Shown here: one piece after another, positions 19,654 to 28,744 of the stretch
Position numbering within the stretch: the first letter of the stretch is position 1
Layout: every line of letters begins with the position of its first letter
Assembly (NCBI GenBank): GCA_028279595.1
Contig: JANQNK010000020.1
Span: 288,001 to 352,000 of the forward strand
Direction: 5' to 3'
From: Thermoplasmatota archaeon
GTDB taxonomy: Archaea; Thermoplasmatota; JAKEGO01
Length of the DNA stretch: 64,000 nt
The notes under the pieces: generated by a model
Seen by the model: the letters and a program-made list of their open reading frames with translations, nothing else
Database searches by the model: none
Told to the model about the DNA's origin: nothing
Made by a program: the position numbers and the translations under genes

Positions 19654-20214
19654 TCACACCCTTCCGTGTGATATTCCGGACCCGAGCGCCGACGCGATCA
19701 GCCGTGAGACCCGGAGGGACTCCGGGATGTTCCCGATGACGGTGCAGAGCGAGAGTAGCTCTCTCACGCCCGCTTCATCGGTCCCGGCCCAGCTCGCGTG
19801 TATCCCGCTCATCTCGGTCCAGGTTCGCCCCTCGAGGAGCTCGAGCCTCCTGCCCGGGTCGTCGAAACGTGTGCCAAGGGCGTCCCTCACGGCGCCCATG
19901 TCCGGGGCGTCCCTCACTATGCTGATCAACGGCGTCCCTGTCCTCTCCGTGAAATCCTCGACGTCGATGACATTGAATCCTGCCATCGTCGTGGCATTGG
20001 TGAAGGCAGCGTGGACCTGGTCCCTCTGCGGAGCCCTCTCGAGCATCGAGATCATGACGTCGGTGGAATCGTCGCCATCGATCGCAACCCGGTCGACGGC
20101 CACCGCCTCTAGATAATCGGGTGCCCTCATGACCGCCATGACCAGGTCTGCGGAATCGGCGTCCAGGTCCACCGGCCCGGTCGAGAATCCGGCGCTCCGG
20201 ATGTGGTTCTTCAT
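19654..20214 (-). CDS. DUF99 family (endonuclease V-like fold)
   Basis: IDGDDST, AGFNVID, TPLISI, IPESLRVSRLIA; ATGA overlap with the upstream gene. Confidence 0.75.
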   Translation of the reverse strand: MKNHIRSAGFSTGPVDLDADSADLVMAVMRAPDYLEAVAVDRVAIDGDDSTDVMISMLERAPQRDQVHAAFTNATTMAGFNVIDVEDFTERTGTPLISIVRDAPDMGAVRDALGTRFDDPGRRLELLEGRTWTEMSGIHASWAGTDEAGVRELLSLCTVIGNIPESLRVSRLIASALGSGISHGRV

Positions 20215-20879
20215 GACCCCTGCTCCGGCCCTTCGCCCTTCCCGGGAGGCCACTTGGGTCCCGAGGGCTTCTTCGGCTTGATGGCGGGTGCCGGCGGTTT
20301 GCTCCTCTTCTTTCCGGGTGTCTTCGGTCCGGGCATCTTCTTGACGGTCCCCGGCTCGACCTCCTCTACATCTGCCTTCGGCGGTTTCCTGAGGAAGAAC
20401 CTCACGAAGACGTAGAACAGAATTATCACGAATATCAGGACCAAGCCGCAGCAGAACGCGGTCAGGAACGGATCGGCCGGTAAATCCTCGGTCCAGGTGA
20501 CGGTCATTACGATGCTCGCCGTCTCCGTTCCCGGGGCGTCGGTGTCCGACGGGTTGTCGAGGTTATCGATGACGATCGAGTAGTTGCCCTTCTCGCTCCA
20601 GACGGTCCTGACGTCGGTGATGTTCTCGAAGACCCTGACCTTGACCGACGACGCGCTGTACGAACCGTTGTTGCCCTCGATGATGTAGAGGTCCACCTCC
20701 GGGTCGGAATCGAACTCGATCACGATGTCGCCCTCCCAGTCGGGATCTACGACAATGACCCTGTGGCTCCCGGCAGAGAGGTTGAAATCCCACTCCTTCT
20801 CCTTCTGTATGGCTGAGACGCCGGGTGTGACGAGTATGGCGAGAAGCAGCACCGCGACGATGAACTTCGAGGTCCTCAT
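20211..20879 (-). CDS. Secreted beta-sandwich protein with C-terminal anchor
   Basis: Signal peptide, VDLYII...YSIVIDN, TM, Lys/Pro tail; resembles 59691-60278. Confidence 0.65.
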   Translation of the reverse strand: MRTSKFIVAVLLLAILVTPGVSAIQKEKEWDFNLSAGSHRVIVVDPDWEGDIVIEFDSDPEVDLYIIEGNNGSYSASSVKVRVFENITDVRTVWSEKGNYSIVIDNLDNPSDTDAPGTETASIVMTVTWTEDLPADPFLTAFCCGLVLIFVIILFYVFVRFFLRKPPKADVEEVEPGTVKKMPGPKTPGKKRSKPPAPAIKPKKPSGPKWPPGKGEGPEQGS

Positions 20880-20990
20880 GGTCCGTCAACCCCGACGACG
20901 TACTTTAACCTTTACCGGTCCAACCATTTCGAGACCGTTCGGAGAGTCGTATCCCGTCCCCCGGATCATCGGATTTTGCACCATTTTTCA

Positions 20991-21029
20991 GACGCGCTCG
21001 ATGACGTCTCAAGCGGCCATCGACGCGTC
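20991..21029. repeat. Bulged-palindrome element, single copy
   Basis: GACGCGCTCGA-N18-TCGACGCGTC, same arms as the units at 24186-24375. Confidence 0.75.
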
Positions 21030-21178
21030 TCAATCATACCCGATGATTGGTCTTTCGGCTTACGTTTGCGCCACGTTTGGGACGGTTATCGGAAAAAGTC
21101 CACCGGAAATGCAGGTTTCACCCCCTTCGGGAAAGGTATTTGAACCCCAATTTCAATTCCTTTCCGAGAGGAGTCATC

Positions 21179-21322
21179 ATGAAGGCTTATTGTATGAAGT
21201 GCAGGAAACAGGTAGATGTTGTGGACCCGAAACAGATAACCATGAAGAACGGCCGCCCGGCCGTCAACGGTACCTGCGCAGAATGCGGTACCAAGGTGTT
21301 CAAGATCGGGAAGCTCGAGTGA
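21179..21322 (+). CDS. Small zinc-ribbon protein (DUF5679-like)
   Basis: AYCMKCR...MKNGRPA..GTC..CGTKVFKI; GAGGAG RBS. Confidence 0.85.
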   Translation: MKAYCMKCRKQVDVVDPKQITMKNGRPAVNGTCAECGTKVFKIGKLE

Positions 21323-21947
21323 GCCTTTCCAGACCCTGGACCACACCTTCTAGTCGCTGGACCTCCAGCGCAGCGAACACTCTGTCGTAGTTCGAGACAA
21401 GCCAGTGTATGCGTCGGGCCATCTGGTCCTCCCTGAACTCCTCGAGTTTGCGGAATCCCTTTATCCGGCGTACCTGGCCATCCCACTCCAGAGCGAACTC
21501 GGCGGCCGTCCCGGCCTTGAACCTCTTTCCGATCAGGTTACGCATGAGCATGCCGTATCTGACGGTCTCTATCGGCTTGATGAACTTGACCGACGCCCGG
21601 TACATCGAGAGCTCCGACAGGTCGACGCTCCTGATCGGCACATCGTTCTCGACGGCATATCGGCAGACGGCTATCAGGTCCGGTGGCGGCATCCCGACGT
21701 CGCCGTACCTCGTCAGATGCCTTGAATATATCTCGTCGTAGTTCGTCATGTGGTCCTCGTCCACCCCGTCGAGGGAGGACATCAGGCCGTCGAGCTCCTG
21801 CTTCGACACGGCCAGTGCTATGACGTCGGGACCGAACTCCTTGATGGCATCCATCTGCCTCTCGACCTCGGATGCTAGGCCCCTGACCGCTCCGAACAGC
21901 ATGACCGAACCGTATCCGGGGATCTCGATGGCCTTCGTCGTTTCCAT
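21300..21947 (-). CDS. Conserved hypothetical protein (possible TraB-like fold)
   Basis: GAVRGL.SE, PDVIAL..S, RE..MA..I; follows the AMMECR1 gene. Confidence 0.6.
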   Translation of the reverse strand: METTKAIEIPGYGSVMLFGAVRGLASEVERQMDAIKEFGPDVIALAVSKQELDGLMSSLDGVDEDHMTNYDEIYSRHLTRYGDVGMPPPDLIAVCRYAVENDVPIRSVDLSELSMYRASVKFIKPIETVRYGMLMRNLIGKRFKAGTAAEFALEWDGQVRRIKGFRKLEEFREDQMARRIHWLVSNYDRVFAALEVQRLEGVVQGLERLTRASRS

Positions 21948-21954
21948 GATGACC

Positions 21955-22563
21955 TCACTCCGATCCGCAGGCGCCCATGTCCTTGCGCCGAACCTCTCCT
22001 CTTGGCTCGACCTCCTCGAAGACCTCCGCACTGAACCTGTAGAACAATATATCCTCGCCTAGCCACGCGCCCGGGCTCAGACCGGCCTTCATGCATGTGT
22101 GGGAGAGGAACGCGCTCACATCCCAGCCCTGCTCGACCGGGACCTGGGGCAAGAGTACTCCGCGGGCCATCCCGCTCTCGACGACGAGGCCGTGGACACC
22201 GACCGTCACCTCCTCGACGAGGGCGCCGCCCTTCGCCGGAACGAGTTCGAGCGGTGTCAACAGCGACACCTCGACAGCAAGCCCGTCCATCTCGGACATG
22301 CCCACCTTGGGGAACCTCGGGTCCCTGGTCGCCGCCGAGACAGCCACGTCCTTTATGGTCTCACCGAGCGCTTTCACACCCTCGATGTATCCGATGCAGC
22401 CTCGGAGATCGTGATCCGGGAAGGTCTTGAGGGTGACGAAGGCACCGCTCTCCTTCTCGAATATCTCTGGAAGTTGCGGAAGCTCGCCCTCTCCTGAAAG
22501 ATGCCTTTCGATGACCGACCGTGCGAACGTCACAGCTGCCGCTCCGTCCTCGTCAGTGTACAT
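21955..22563 (-). CDS. AMMECR1-domain protein
   Basis: GAFVTL, LRGCIG, DPRF, EVSLLT, GVLLPQV, TCMKAGL. Confidence 0.93.
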   Translation of the reverse strand: MYTDEDGAAAVTFARSVIERHLSGEGELPQLPEIFEKESGAFVTLKTFPDHDLRGCIGYIEGVKALGETIKDVAVSAATRDPRFPKVGMSEMDGLAVEVSLLTPLELVPAKGGALVEEVTVGVHGLVVESGMARGVLLPQVPVEQGWDVSAFLSHTCMKAGLSPGAWLGEDILFYRFSAEVFEEVEPRGEVRRKDMGACGSE

Positions 22564-22589
22564 GACAGCGTCGAATCGCGGGGGCTCGA

Positions 22590-23480
22590 TTAATACCTAT
22601 CGGACATGTAGCCCGGTCCGAGGCCCCAGTCGTCGTCCTCCTCCCGCTTGCGTGGAGGCTCCTTGATCTTCTTCAGCGTCCTCCTGAAGTGCCAGACGAT
22701 GAAGACCACCACGACTATCATTACGATGGTAGAGATCAACATCACCCTGTTCTCAAGGAAGTAATTGCCCAGCGATATCATTCCCTGCGGATGCAGTCCG
22801 TAGTAGTAGATGACCATCGAGATGAGCATGTAGGGTACGACGAGGGCCATGGCGTTCTTCATGTTCCCTGAGACGACGCCGTAGAAGACAGCGGTCATGA
22901 AGGCGAAGGCGAGGAGATAGGCCGCAGTGGCGTTCATCAGGTGGTCGCTCGCCCCTGCCGTGGCGAACATCGAGAACGTGATCCCGAGGATGGCCGGGGC
23001 CATGACCACGCCGCCCATGACAAGTAGCTTCGCCTCCTTCCGGGCCAGCGCCTGCCTCTCGAGCTGGAGCACATAGATGGACCACGTGTCCTTCGTTATC
23101 CTCTCGAGCGTGTCGGCCATCTCGGCCCCCTGCTCGAGGGCGATGATGAGCATGCCCACGGACCTCTGGATCATCTTCGAGCCCGACTCCTCCCCGAACT
23201 TGAGGATCGCGTCGGAGAACGTCTCCCCCTCGGTGACGCGGTCGTTGAGCCTGTCGGTCAGACGTCTGATGGGGCCTGCGCTGGTCGTCGCAGCGGCGAA
23301 GAGCGCCGTCTCGATGGCCTCGCCGTTCCTGAGGCCCTCCACCATGCTGTTGATGAAGGTCGGGAACTCCATCTCGACCTCGATGACGTGCTTGCGATGA
23401 TATGACGTCCACTGAAGGTACACGATGCTGATGATCGCCGGAACGGCGAGTATCCATATGGTCAGCATTATCGCGGACAT
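22590..23480 (-). CDS. Type II secretion system F / Tad-like pilus platform protein
   Basis: EFPTF..SM.EGLRNGE.IE.AL, GETFSDA, EQGAEMADTL. Confidence 0.82.
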   Translation of the reverse strand: MSAIMLTIWILAVPAIISIVYLQWTSYHRKHVIEVEMEFPTFINSMVEGLRNGEAIETALFAAATTSAGPIRRLTDRLNDRVTEGETFSDAILKFGEESGSKMIQRSVGMLIIALEQGAEMADTLERITKDTWSIYVLQLERQALARKEAKLLVMGGVVMAPAILGITFSMFATAGASDHLMNATAAYLLAFAFMTAVFYGVVSGNMKNAMALVVPYMLISMVIYYYGLHPQGMISLGNYFLENRVMLISTIVMIVVVVFIVWHFRRTLKKIKEPPRKREEDDDWGLGPGYMSDRY

Positions 23481-23482
23481 CG

Positions 23483-24076
23483 TTACACCTTCGGGGCTTT
23501 GACCCACACGTACACTATTATCATCAACAGGACGATGGAAATGAGCAGATATCCGAGGTCTATCGTGTAGACAGGCGCCCCTCCGGGAGCGCCCGGAAGC
23601 TCGCTATCGGCCATTATGTCGGATGTGAACACGACTATCCCCAGGATCAGGGGAACGAGCACACCGAGGATCACGAACATCTCTCCGATACCCCGGGACA
23701 TGTCCAGGAAGTCCCTGAACCGCCTCTTCCGGAGCTGGGTCTCCCTGAGCGCGATCTGGCGAAGGGTGTTCGTCACACCGGCGGACGTCACCAGGGACCG
23801 TACGATCGCCCTTGCCATCTCCGTGTACAGCTTGTTCTTGACACGTTTCGCGGACTTCTGCATTGCTCGATCGAGGTACGATCCCTGCTGGACCTCCGCT
23901 ATAATCCGTTTGAACTCGAAGGATACCTCTCCATAATCGTGAGAGGCCACGTACTCTATGGCCGTCTCGATGCTCGCGCCGGACCGCAGGACGAGGTCCA
24001 TCCCCATGATGGCGTAGAGGAGGTCGTTCTCGTCCACACCCCTAAGCCTTAACTCATCTCCCAGTGCGTCGAACAT
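23483..24076 (-). CDS. Type II secretion system F / Tad-like pilus platform protein
   Basis: RSGASIETA...DYGEVS.EF, GSYLDRA; ATG 24076 lies ~30 nt after a TATAAAA box. Confidence 0.78.
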   Translation of the reverse strand: MFDALGDELRLRGVDENDLLYAIMGMDLVLRSGASIETAIEYVASHDYGEVSFEFKRIIAEVQQGSYLDRAMQKSAKRVKNKLYTEMARAIVRSLVTSAGVTNTLRQIALRETQLRKRRFRDFLDMSRGIGEMFVILGVLVPLILGIVVFTSDIMADSELPGAPGGAPVYTIDLGYLLISIVLLMIIVYVWVKAPKV

Positions 24077-24185
24077 GCGTGAAACTGGATGGACATGTGC
24101 CGTTTTATAGGTTACTGAGAGAAATGTCATCCCGATGCCGAACAGATCGGTCCATTGCGAGTAACGGATCCATCCGTATTCGACA

Positions 24186-24375
24186 GACGCGCTCGACCGC
24201 AACTGTGGTACGCGGTCGACGCGTCTCATCTGTACTGGTTGGGGGTAGCCAATGACTGCCGACGCGCTCGACCGCAACTGATGTACCCGGTCGACGCGTC
24301 TCATCTGTGCTGGCTAGGGATGGCCAATGACTGCCAACGTACTCGACCGCAAATGGCGTACGCGGTCGACGCGTC
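24186..24375. repeat. 75-bp tandem repeat (about 2.5 units), each with a 40-bp bulged palindrome
   Basis: Units start at 24186, 24261 and 24336; GACGCGCTCGACCGC...GCGGTCGACGCGTC. Confidence 0.9.
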
Positions 24376-24487
24376 CCGCGCCTGGTGCATGCGGCCGGTC
24401 ATTGACCGCTGCCGTCTCCCGAGGTACATTTGTTTCGAAAAACAACCTATATATATCAAATCCGATACCGGCGTAAGGTGGTACCGG

Positions 24488-25621
24488 ATGGATATGATGG
24501 ATAACGTGTTCATGCTTGCTGGGCCAGTGAAGATACATCCTCGTGTGCTGCGTGAGATGTCTCACCCATCGATAGCGCACAGGTCGCCGGAGTTCACGGA
24601 AGTGCTCGGCGAGACAAGGGAACTTCTGAAGTACCTGTTCCAGGCGGACCGCGAGGTCGCGCTCCTCAGCGGGTCCGGAACGGCTGCCCTCGAAGCCTCA
24701 ATAACCGGTATAGTGGACAGGGACGAGAAGATCCTCTGCCTCGAGAACGGCAAGTTCGGCGAGAGGCTCGGCGAGATCGCGTCGGTGTTCACGAACCACA
24801 AGGTCGTCAAGGCCGACTGGGGCGTCCATTTCGACCTGGACGAGGTCGCCGCGGAGCTCGAGACCGGCGAATACAGGGCCATCGCCCTCTGCCACAACGA
24901 GACGTCCACCGCCATGACCAACGACGCGGCCGCGATCGGCCGTCTTGCGGCAAAGCACGATGTCCGCTACCTCCTGGATGGTATCACATCCGTCGGAGGG
25001 CTCGAGGTCAAGCCCGAGGAGCTCGGCGCGGACCTCGTCGTCTTCGGTTCCCAGAAGTGCATCGCCGCACCGTCGGGGCTCGCTGCCGTTTCCATATCCG
25101 ACAGGCTGCTAGACGAGCTCAACACGAGCACGTCCTACTATCTCAACCTCAAGAAGCACGCGATCAAGCTCCGAGACGGCTCTCAGACGCCGTACACACC
25201 GGCCATTCACCTCATAATGGGCTTCCGCGAGGCCCTGAGGATGGTCAAGGAGGAGGGTCTGGAGAACAGGGTCGCCAAGTTCGCCGCCATGGGCGACGCG
25301 ACGAGGGCGGGAGCGAAGGCCCTCGGCTTCACTCTCTTCCCGGACGAGGCGTACGCTTCGAACACCTGCACCGCGATCAACTATCCCGAGGGTCTGGCGG
25401 ACTCGGACTTCCGACCACCCCTCTGGAAGAAGCACAACGTCATAATCGCCGGGGCCCAGGCCCACATCAAGGGCAAGGTCTTCAGGATCGGCCACATGGG
25501 CCTCACTCGGTGGACCGAACTCGTCGCTACGTTCGGTGCGATGGAGTCGGTCCTGATCGACAACGGATTCGATATCGAACCCGGCGTCGCCACGGGCGAG
25601 ATAATCAGGAGGATGGGATGA
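24488..25621 (+). CDS. Class V PLP aminotransferase (alanine-glyoxylate/serine-pyruvate type)
   Basis: AGPV, HRSPEF, GSGTAALE, HNETST, DGITS, GSQKC...PSGL, FRIGHMG. Confidence 0.92.
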   Translation: MDMMDNVFMLAGPVKIHPRVLREMSHPSIAHRSPEFTEVLGETRELLKYLFQADREVALLSGSGTAALEASITGIVDRDEKILCLENGKFGERLGEIASVFTNHKVVKADWGVHFDLDEVAAELETGEYRAIALCHNETSTAMTNDAAAIGRLAAKHDVRYLLDGITSVGGLEVKPEELGADLVVFGSQKCIAAPSGLAAVSISDRLLDELNTSTSYYLNLKKHAIKLRDGSQTPYTPAIHLIMGFREALRMVKEEGLENRVAKFAAMGDATRAGAKALGFTLFPDEAYASNTCTAINYPEGLADSDFRPPLWKKHNVIIAGAQAHIKGKVFRIGHMGLTRWTELVATFGAMESVLIDNGFDIEPGVATGEIIRRMG

Positions 25622-25806
25622 TGGCTCTGGAATGCGACAAGTCGAAATGCCTCTACTGCGGAGCGTGCGTGGGCTCCTGCCCCGTTGAAGCGCTCACCCT
25701 TTACTCGTCATGGATCGAGGTCGACCATGACACCTGCACCGAGTGTGGCATATGTGTCACGCTCTGCCCCGTCGGGGCGATGACCCTCGGAGGCGGGTCC
25801 GAATGA
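25621..25806 (+). CDS. 2x[4Fe-4S] ferredoxin
   Basis: CLYCGACVGSCP and CTECGICVTLCP. Confidence 0.92.
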   Translation: MALECDKSKCLYCGACVGSCPVEALTLYSSWIEVDHDTCTECGICVTLCPVGAMTLGGGSE

Positions 25807-26978
25807 GACACGAGGTCGACGTCCTGGTCATCGGAGCGGGACCAGGTGGATCGATGTCCGCCAAGTTCGCCGCCGAGAACGGCGCCGACGTCCTCATGAT
25901 CGAGAAGCGCCAGGAGGTCGGCTCCCCGGTTCGTTGCGGAGAGGGCATCGCCGAACTCTGGCTGAACGACCTGGGCATCAAGCCGGACAAGCGCTGGATA
26001 GCCAACCAGGTGGACGGCGCCAGGCTCTTCTCGCCGAGCGGTCACTGCCTCACGATGGACGCCGCCCGCGCCGGATCGGAGACGGGTTTCGTTGTCGAGC
26101 GCGACATCTTCGACCGCACCCTTGCATCGGAGGCCGTCCTCGCGGGGTCGGACCTGTGGGTCCGCGCGATGGCCATGGGCGCCAAGGTCGAGGGCGATAC
26201 GGTCAAGGAGGTCGTCGTCGATCGCCTCGGCGAGCGGATAACCGTGGTCCCGAAGGTCGTCATCGCGGCGGACGGTTTCGAATCACGAGCCGCCAGCTGG
26301 GTCGGTCTCGACTCACGTCTAAAGCTCAAGGACATCGACTCCTGCATCCAGTACCGGATGGTCGGGATCGACGATGATGCGAGGTACAACGACTTCTACG
26401 CCGGTTCGGATGCCCCAGGTGGTTACGTCTGGGTCTTCAGCAAGGGCGAGGGCGTGGCCAACGTCGGCATCGGTGTGGCCGCCAGCAAGCTGAAGGCGCC
26501 CGCGGATGTGAAGATGTACCTGGACAGGTTCATTGCCAAGCACCCCGAGTTCGCCAAGGGAAAGGCCGTGGACATGGTGGCGGGCGCCGTCTCGACGTCG
26601 TTGCCCATGGACCAGACGGTCAAGGGGAACTTCATGCTGGTTGGCGACTCCGCCCGGATGGTGGACGCGCTCACGGGCGGCGGTGTCGTCAACGCCTGCA
26701 TGGCCGGTAAGATCGCTGGACGCCTCTCGGCCGAGTATGTCCAGGGGAGCGATGTCCTCGGCGACTACGAGAGGGCCTGGCGCTCGGAGCTCGAGAACAC
26801 CATGGTCCGCAACTATGTCGCGAAGGAGAAGGCCGTCAACGTGACGGACGAACAGTTCGACCGCATCGTGCTGGCCCTTCAGGAGCTGGAGATAACCACG
26901 ATAACCACGGCGGAGATCCTCGGCGCGGTCGCAAAGGCGGTCCCGGACCTCGTGGCGGAACTGGACCTGATGTTCTGA
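25803..26978 (+). CDS. Digeranylgeranylglycerophospholipid reductase
   Basis: GAGPGG, PVRCGEG, ADG, PGGYVWVF, VGDSA...TGGG; coupled to the ferredoxin. Confidence 0.9.
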   Translation: MRHEVDVLVIGAGPGGSMSAKFAAENGADVLMIEKRQEVGSPVRCGEGIAELWLNDLGIKPDKRWIANQVDGARLFSPSGHCLTMDAARAGSETGFVVERDIFDRTLASEAVLAGSDLWVRAMAMGAKVEGDTVKEVVVDRLGERITVVPKVVIAADGFESRAASWVGLDSRLKLKDIDSCIQYRMVGIDDDARYNDFYAGSDAPGGYVWVFSKGEGVANVGIGVAASKLKAPADVKMYLDRFIAKHPEFAKGKAVDMVAGAVSTSLPMDQTVKGNFMLVGDSARMVDALTGGGVVNACMAGKIAGRLSAEYVQGSDVLGDYERAWRSELENTMVRNYVAKEKAVNVTDEQFDRIVLALQELEITTITTAEILGAVAKAVPDLVAELDLMF

Positions 26979-27103
26979 CGAAGGTCGGGTCGCATTCAAC
27001 CTTTAATGTTTTATAGCATGGGCTTTGTCGAGGTCCCGGAGGTTTCGAACTGACCGATGGTATCGGGAGGCTTGGGTCCGAGGCGAGCAGGGTCCTCACC
27101 CGC

Positions 27104-28744
27104 ATGCTCGAGGCCCAGGGCAACGTCGTGATGGCGTTCCGCCGAGGTGGCGGGTACTGGGACTCATCAGAGGTCTTCAGGTCGGATTCCGTCACGAGCC
27201 TCCAGAACTTCGGGTTCCTGACCTCTGCTCACGGTTTCCTCGACGACGACGACTATGCGTTCGCAATGAGGTCGAGCGCTGCCTTCCTCTGGGACGCCCT
27301 CAGGAGGGGTGACCTAGATACCGCGGACCTCGCCGAGCTGTTCCGTGGGCTCTGCATAGCATACGCTACCACCCGTGACAAGGTGTACCTGCAGATGATA
27401 GAGGACGCATCGGTCGTGCTCCTGCCGGAGGAAGGCGTCCCGGACTTCGGGACCGCCATGGTCGAATCGCTTTTACACATGTCACTAGTCTTCGACAGGC
27501 TACCCAGGGGATACAAGTCGCGCGTCCGCAACGTCATCGAGAGGGCGTTCGAGGATATCGAGAGCTGGGGCAGGGACCCAAGGTCCCCGGACGAGGCGAT
27601 AAACATCGCAGTACTCCTGGACAGGATGGGCACTGTCCTCGGACGGACCACGCCGGTCGCCAAGGCCCGCGAGGTCCTCGACAACGCCTTCGGCCCCAGG
27701 TCGGAAGAGAGGTGGGTAGTCGACATCATGGTCGCTCGATACGTCTACGGCGGCGAGGTCCCCGACGGCGAGGACCGGGACAGGATGCTGAGGCTCCTGA
27801 GACGCAAGATAATCTACGCTGTCAAGAGCGAGGAGACCGCCGACCTGAGGCTCATATGCGATCTTGCTCGGGAACACTGGGAGGAGGTCCTCACCTCGAA
27901 GGAGTCATCCGAGTTGACCCCGAAGATCGACGGGATCGTCCGGGAGAAGGTAATCGGCAGGATGAACCCCGACGGGGGCTGGGGCGACAGGTACGTCTAC
28001 CGCGCCACTGCGACCGCAGGGATCGCACTGTTCAACATCTATCTCGTGACGGGGAACGAGGCCTTCAGGGACGCCGCCCACGACGCCGGGGCATACATCC
28101 GGAAGAACATATGGGACATGTCGGACGGCATCTTCTATTCCATGGACCGGATCAGCGAGCTCTTCTTCCTCCTCGACAGGGACGTCTCGGACGACACCTA
28201 CGCCCTGTTGCTGGAGAACTATCACGAGAGGATACTCAACGCCCTCGAAACGGTCGGCAAGAGCGACCGGGACAGGCTCCTCTGGTATTCTGCGGAGCTA
28301 TGCATCCTCACGTACTACCTGATGAGGATGACGGAGGACAGGCATCTCTCGAAGCACCTGGCCGACGTGTCCACCAACCTCGTCCATCTGCTCGACCAGT
28401 CGGTATACGACACGTCTTACTATCCCTGGTTCCAGGCTACCATCCTGGCCCAGGAGGTCCTCACAGAGGAGGACGGCGAGTACTACGGGATATTCAAGCC
28501 GTACCTTGCCCGGATGACGATCGATTGGAACACGACGATCAACGAGGAGATCGCCTATCAGAGGTACATCTACACGTACGACGCGACCCCTTCGGACGAC
28601 CTGGCCCGCGCAGCCGTGAGGCGAGCGTCCGGATTCATCAGAAAAGATATTATACTCAATATCTCACATCTAATCGAGATAGCGAAGATATTCAGGCTCC
28701 TGGAGGCAGGAAATGGTGGAGACGATAAGAAAGGCTCTGCGTGA
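27104..28744 (+). CDS. Alpha/alpha-toroid-like protein of unknown function (start may be CTG at 27050)
   Basis: NPDGGWG, IYLVTGNEAFRDAA and AYATTRDKVYL helical-hairpin repeats. Confidence 0.65.
   Translation: MLEAQGNVVMAFRRGGGYWDSSEVFRSDSVTSLQNFGFLTSAHGFLDDDDYAFAMRSSAAFLWDALRRGDLDTADLAELFRGLCIAYATTRDKVYLQMIEDASVVLLPEEGVPDFGTAMVESLLHMSLVFDRLPRGYKSRVRNVIERAFEDIESWGRDPRSPDEAINIAVLLDRMGTVLGRTTPVAKAREVLDNAFGPRSEERWVVDIMVARYVYGGEVPDGEDRDRMLRLLRRKIIYAVKSEETADLRLICDLAREHWEEVLTSKESSELTPKIDGIVREKVIGRMNPDGGWGDRYVYRATATAGIALFNIYLVTGNEAFRDAAHDAGAYIRKNIWDMSDGIFYSMDRISELFFLLDRDVSDDTYALLLENYHERILNALETVGKSDRDRLLWYSAELCILTYYLMRMTEDRHLSKHLADVSTNLVHLLDQSVYDTSYYPWFQATILAQEVLTEEDGEYYGIFKPYLARMTIDWNTTINEEIAYQRYIYTYDATPSDDLARAAVRRASGFIRKDIILNISHLIEIAKIFRLLEAGNGGDDKKGSA

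Noticed and set aside
24186-24375. CRISPR array
   Set aside because: The 35-bp 'spacers' are near-identical, the repeats vary internally, and no cas genes are present.
24077-24487. Long N-terminal extensions on ORFs 23483..24304 and 24155..25621
   Set aside because: They are read-through of the stop-free 75-bp repeat; TATA-like boxes and family motifs place the starts at about 24076 and 24488.
27104-28744. Squalene-hopene cyclase or prenyltransferase next to the lipid reductase
   Set aside because: Only one NPDGGWG motif and no clear catalytic DxDD in context; it has a TATA-like sequence of its own upstream and is coupled to the ATPase instead.
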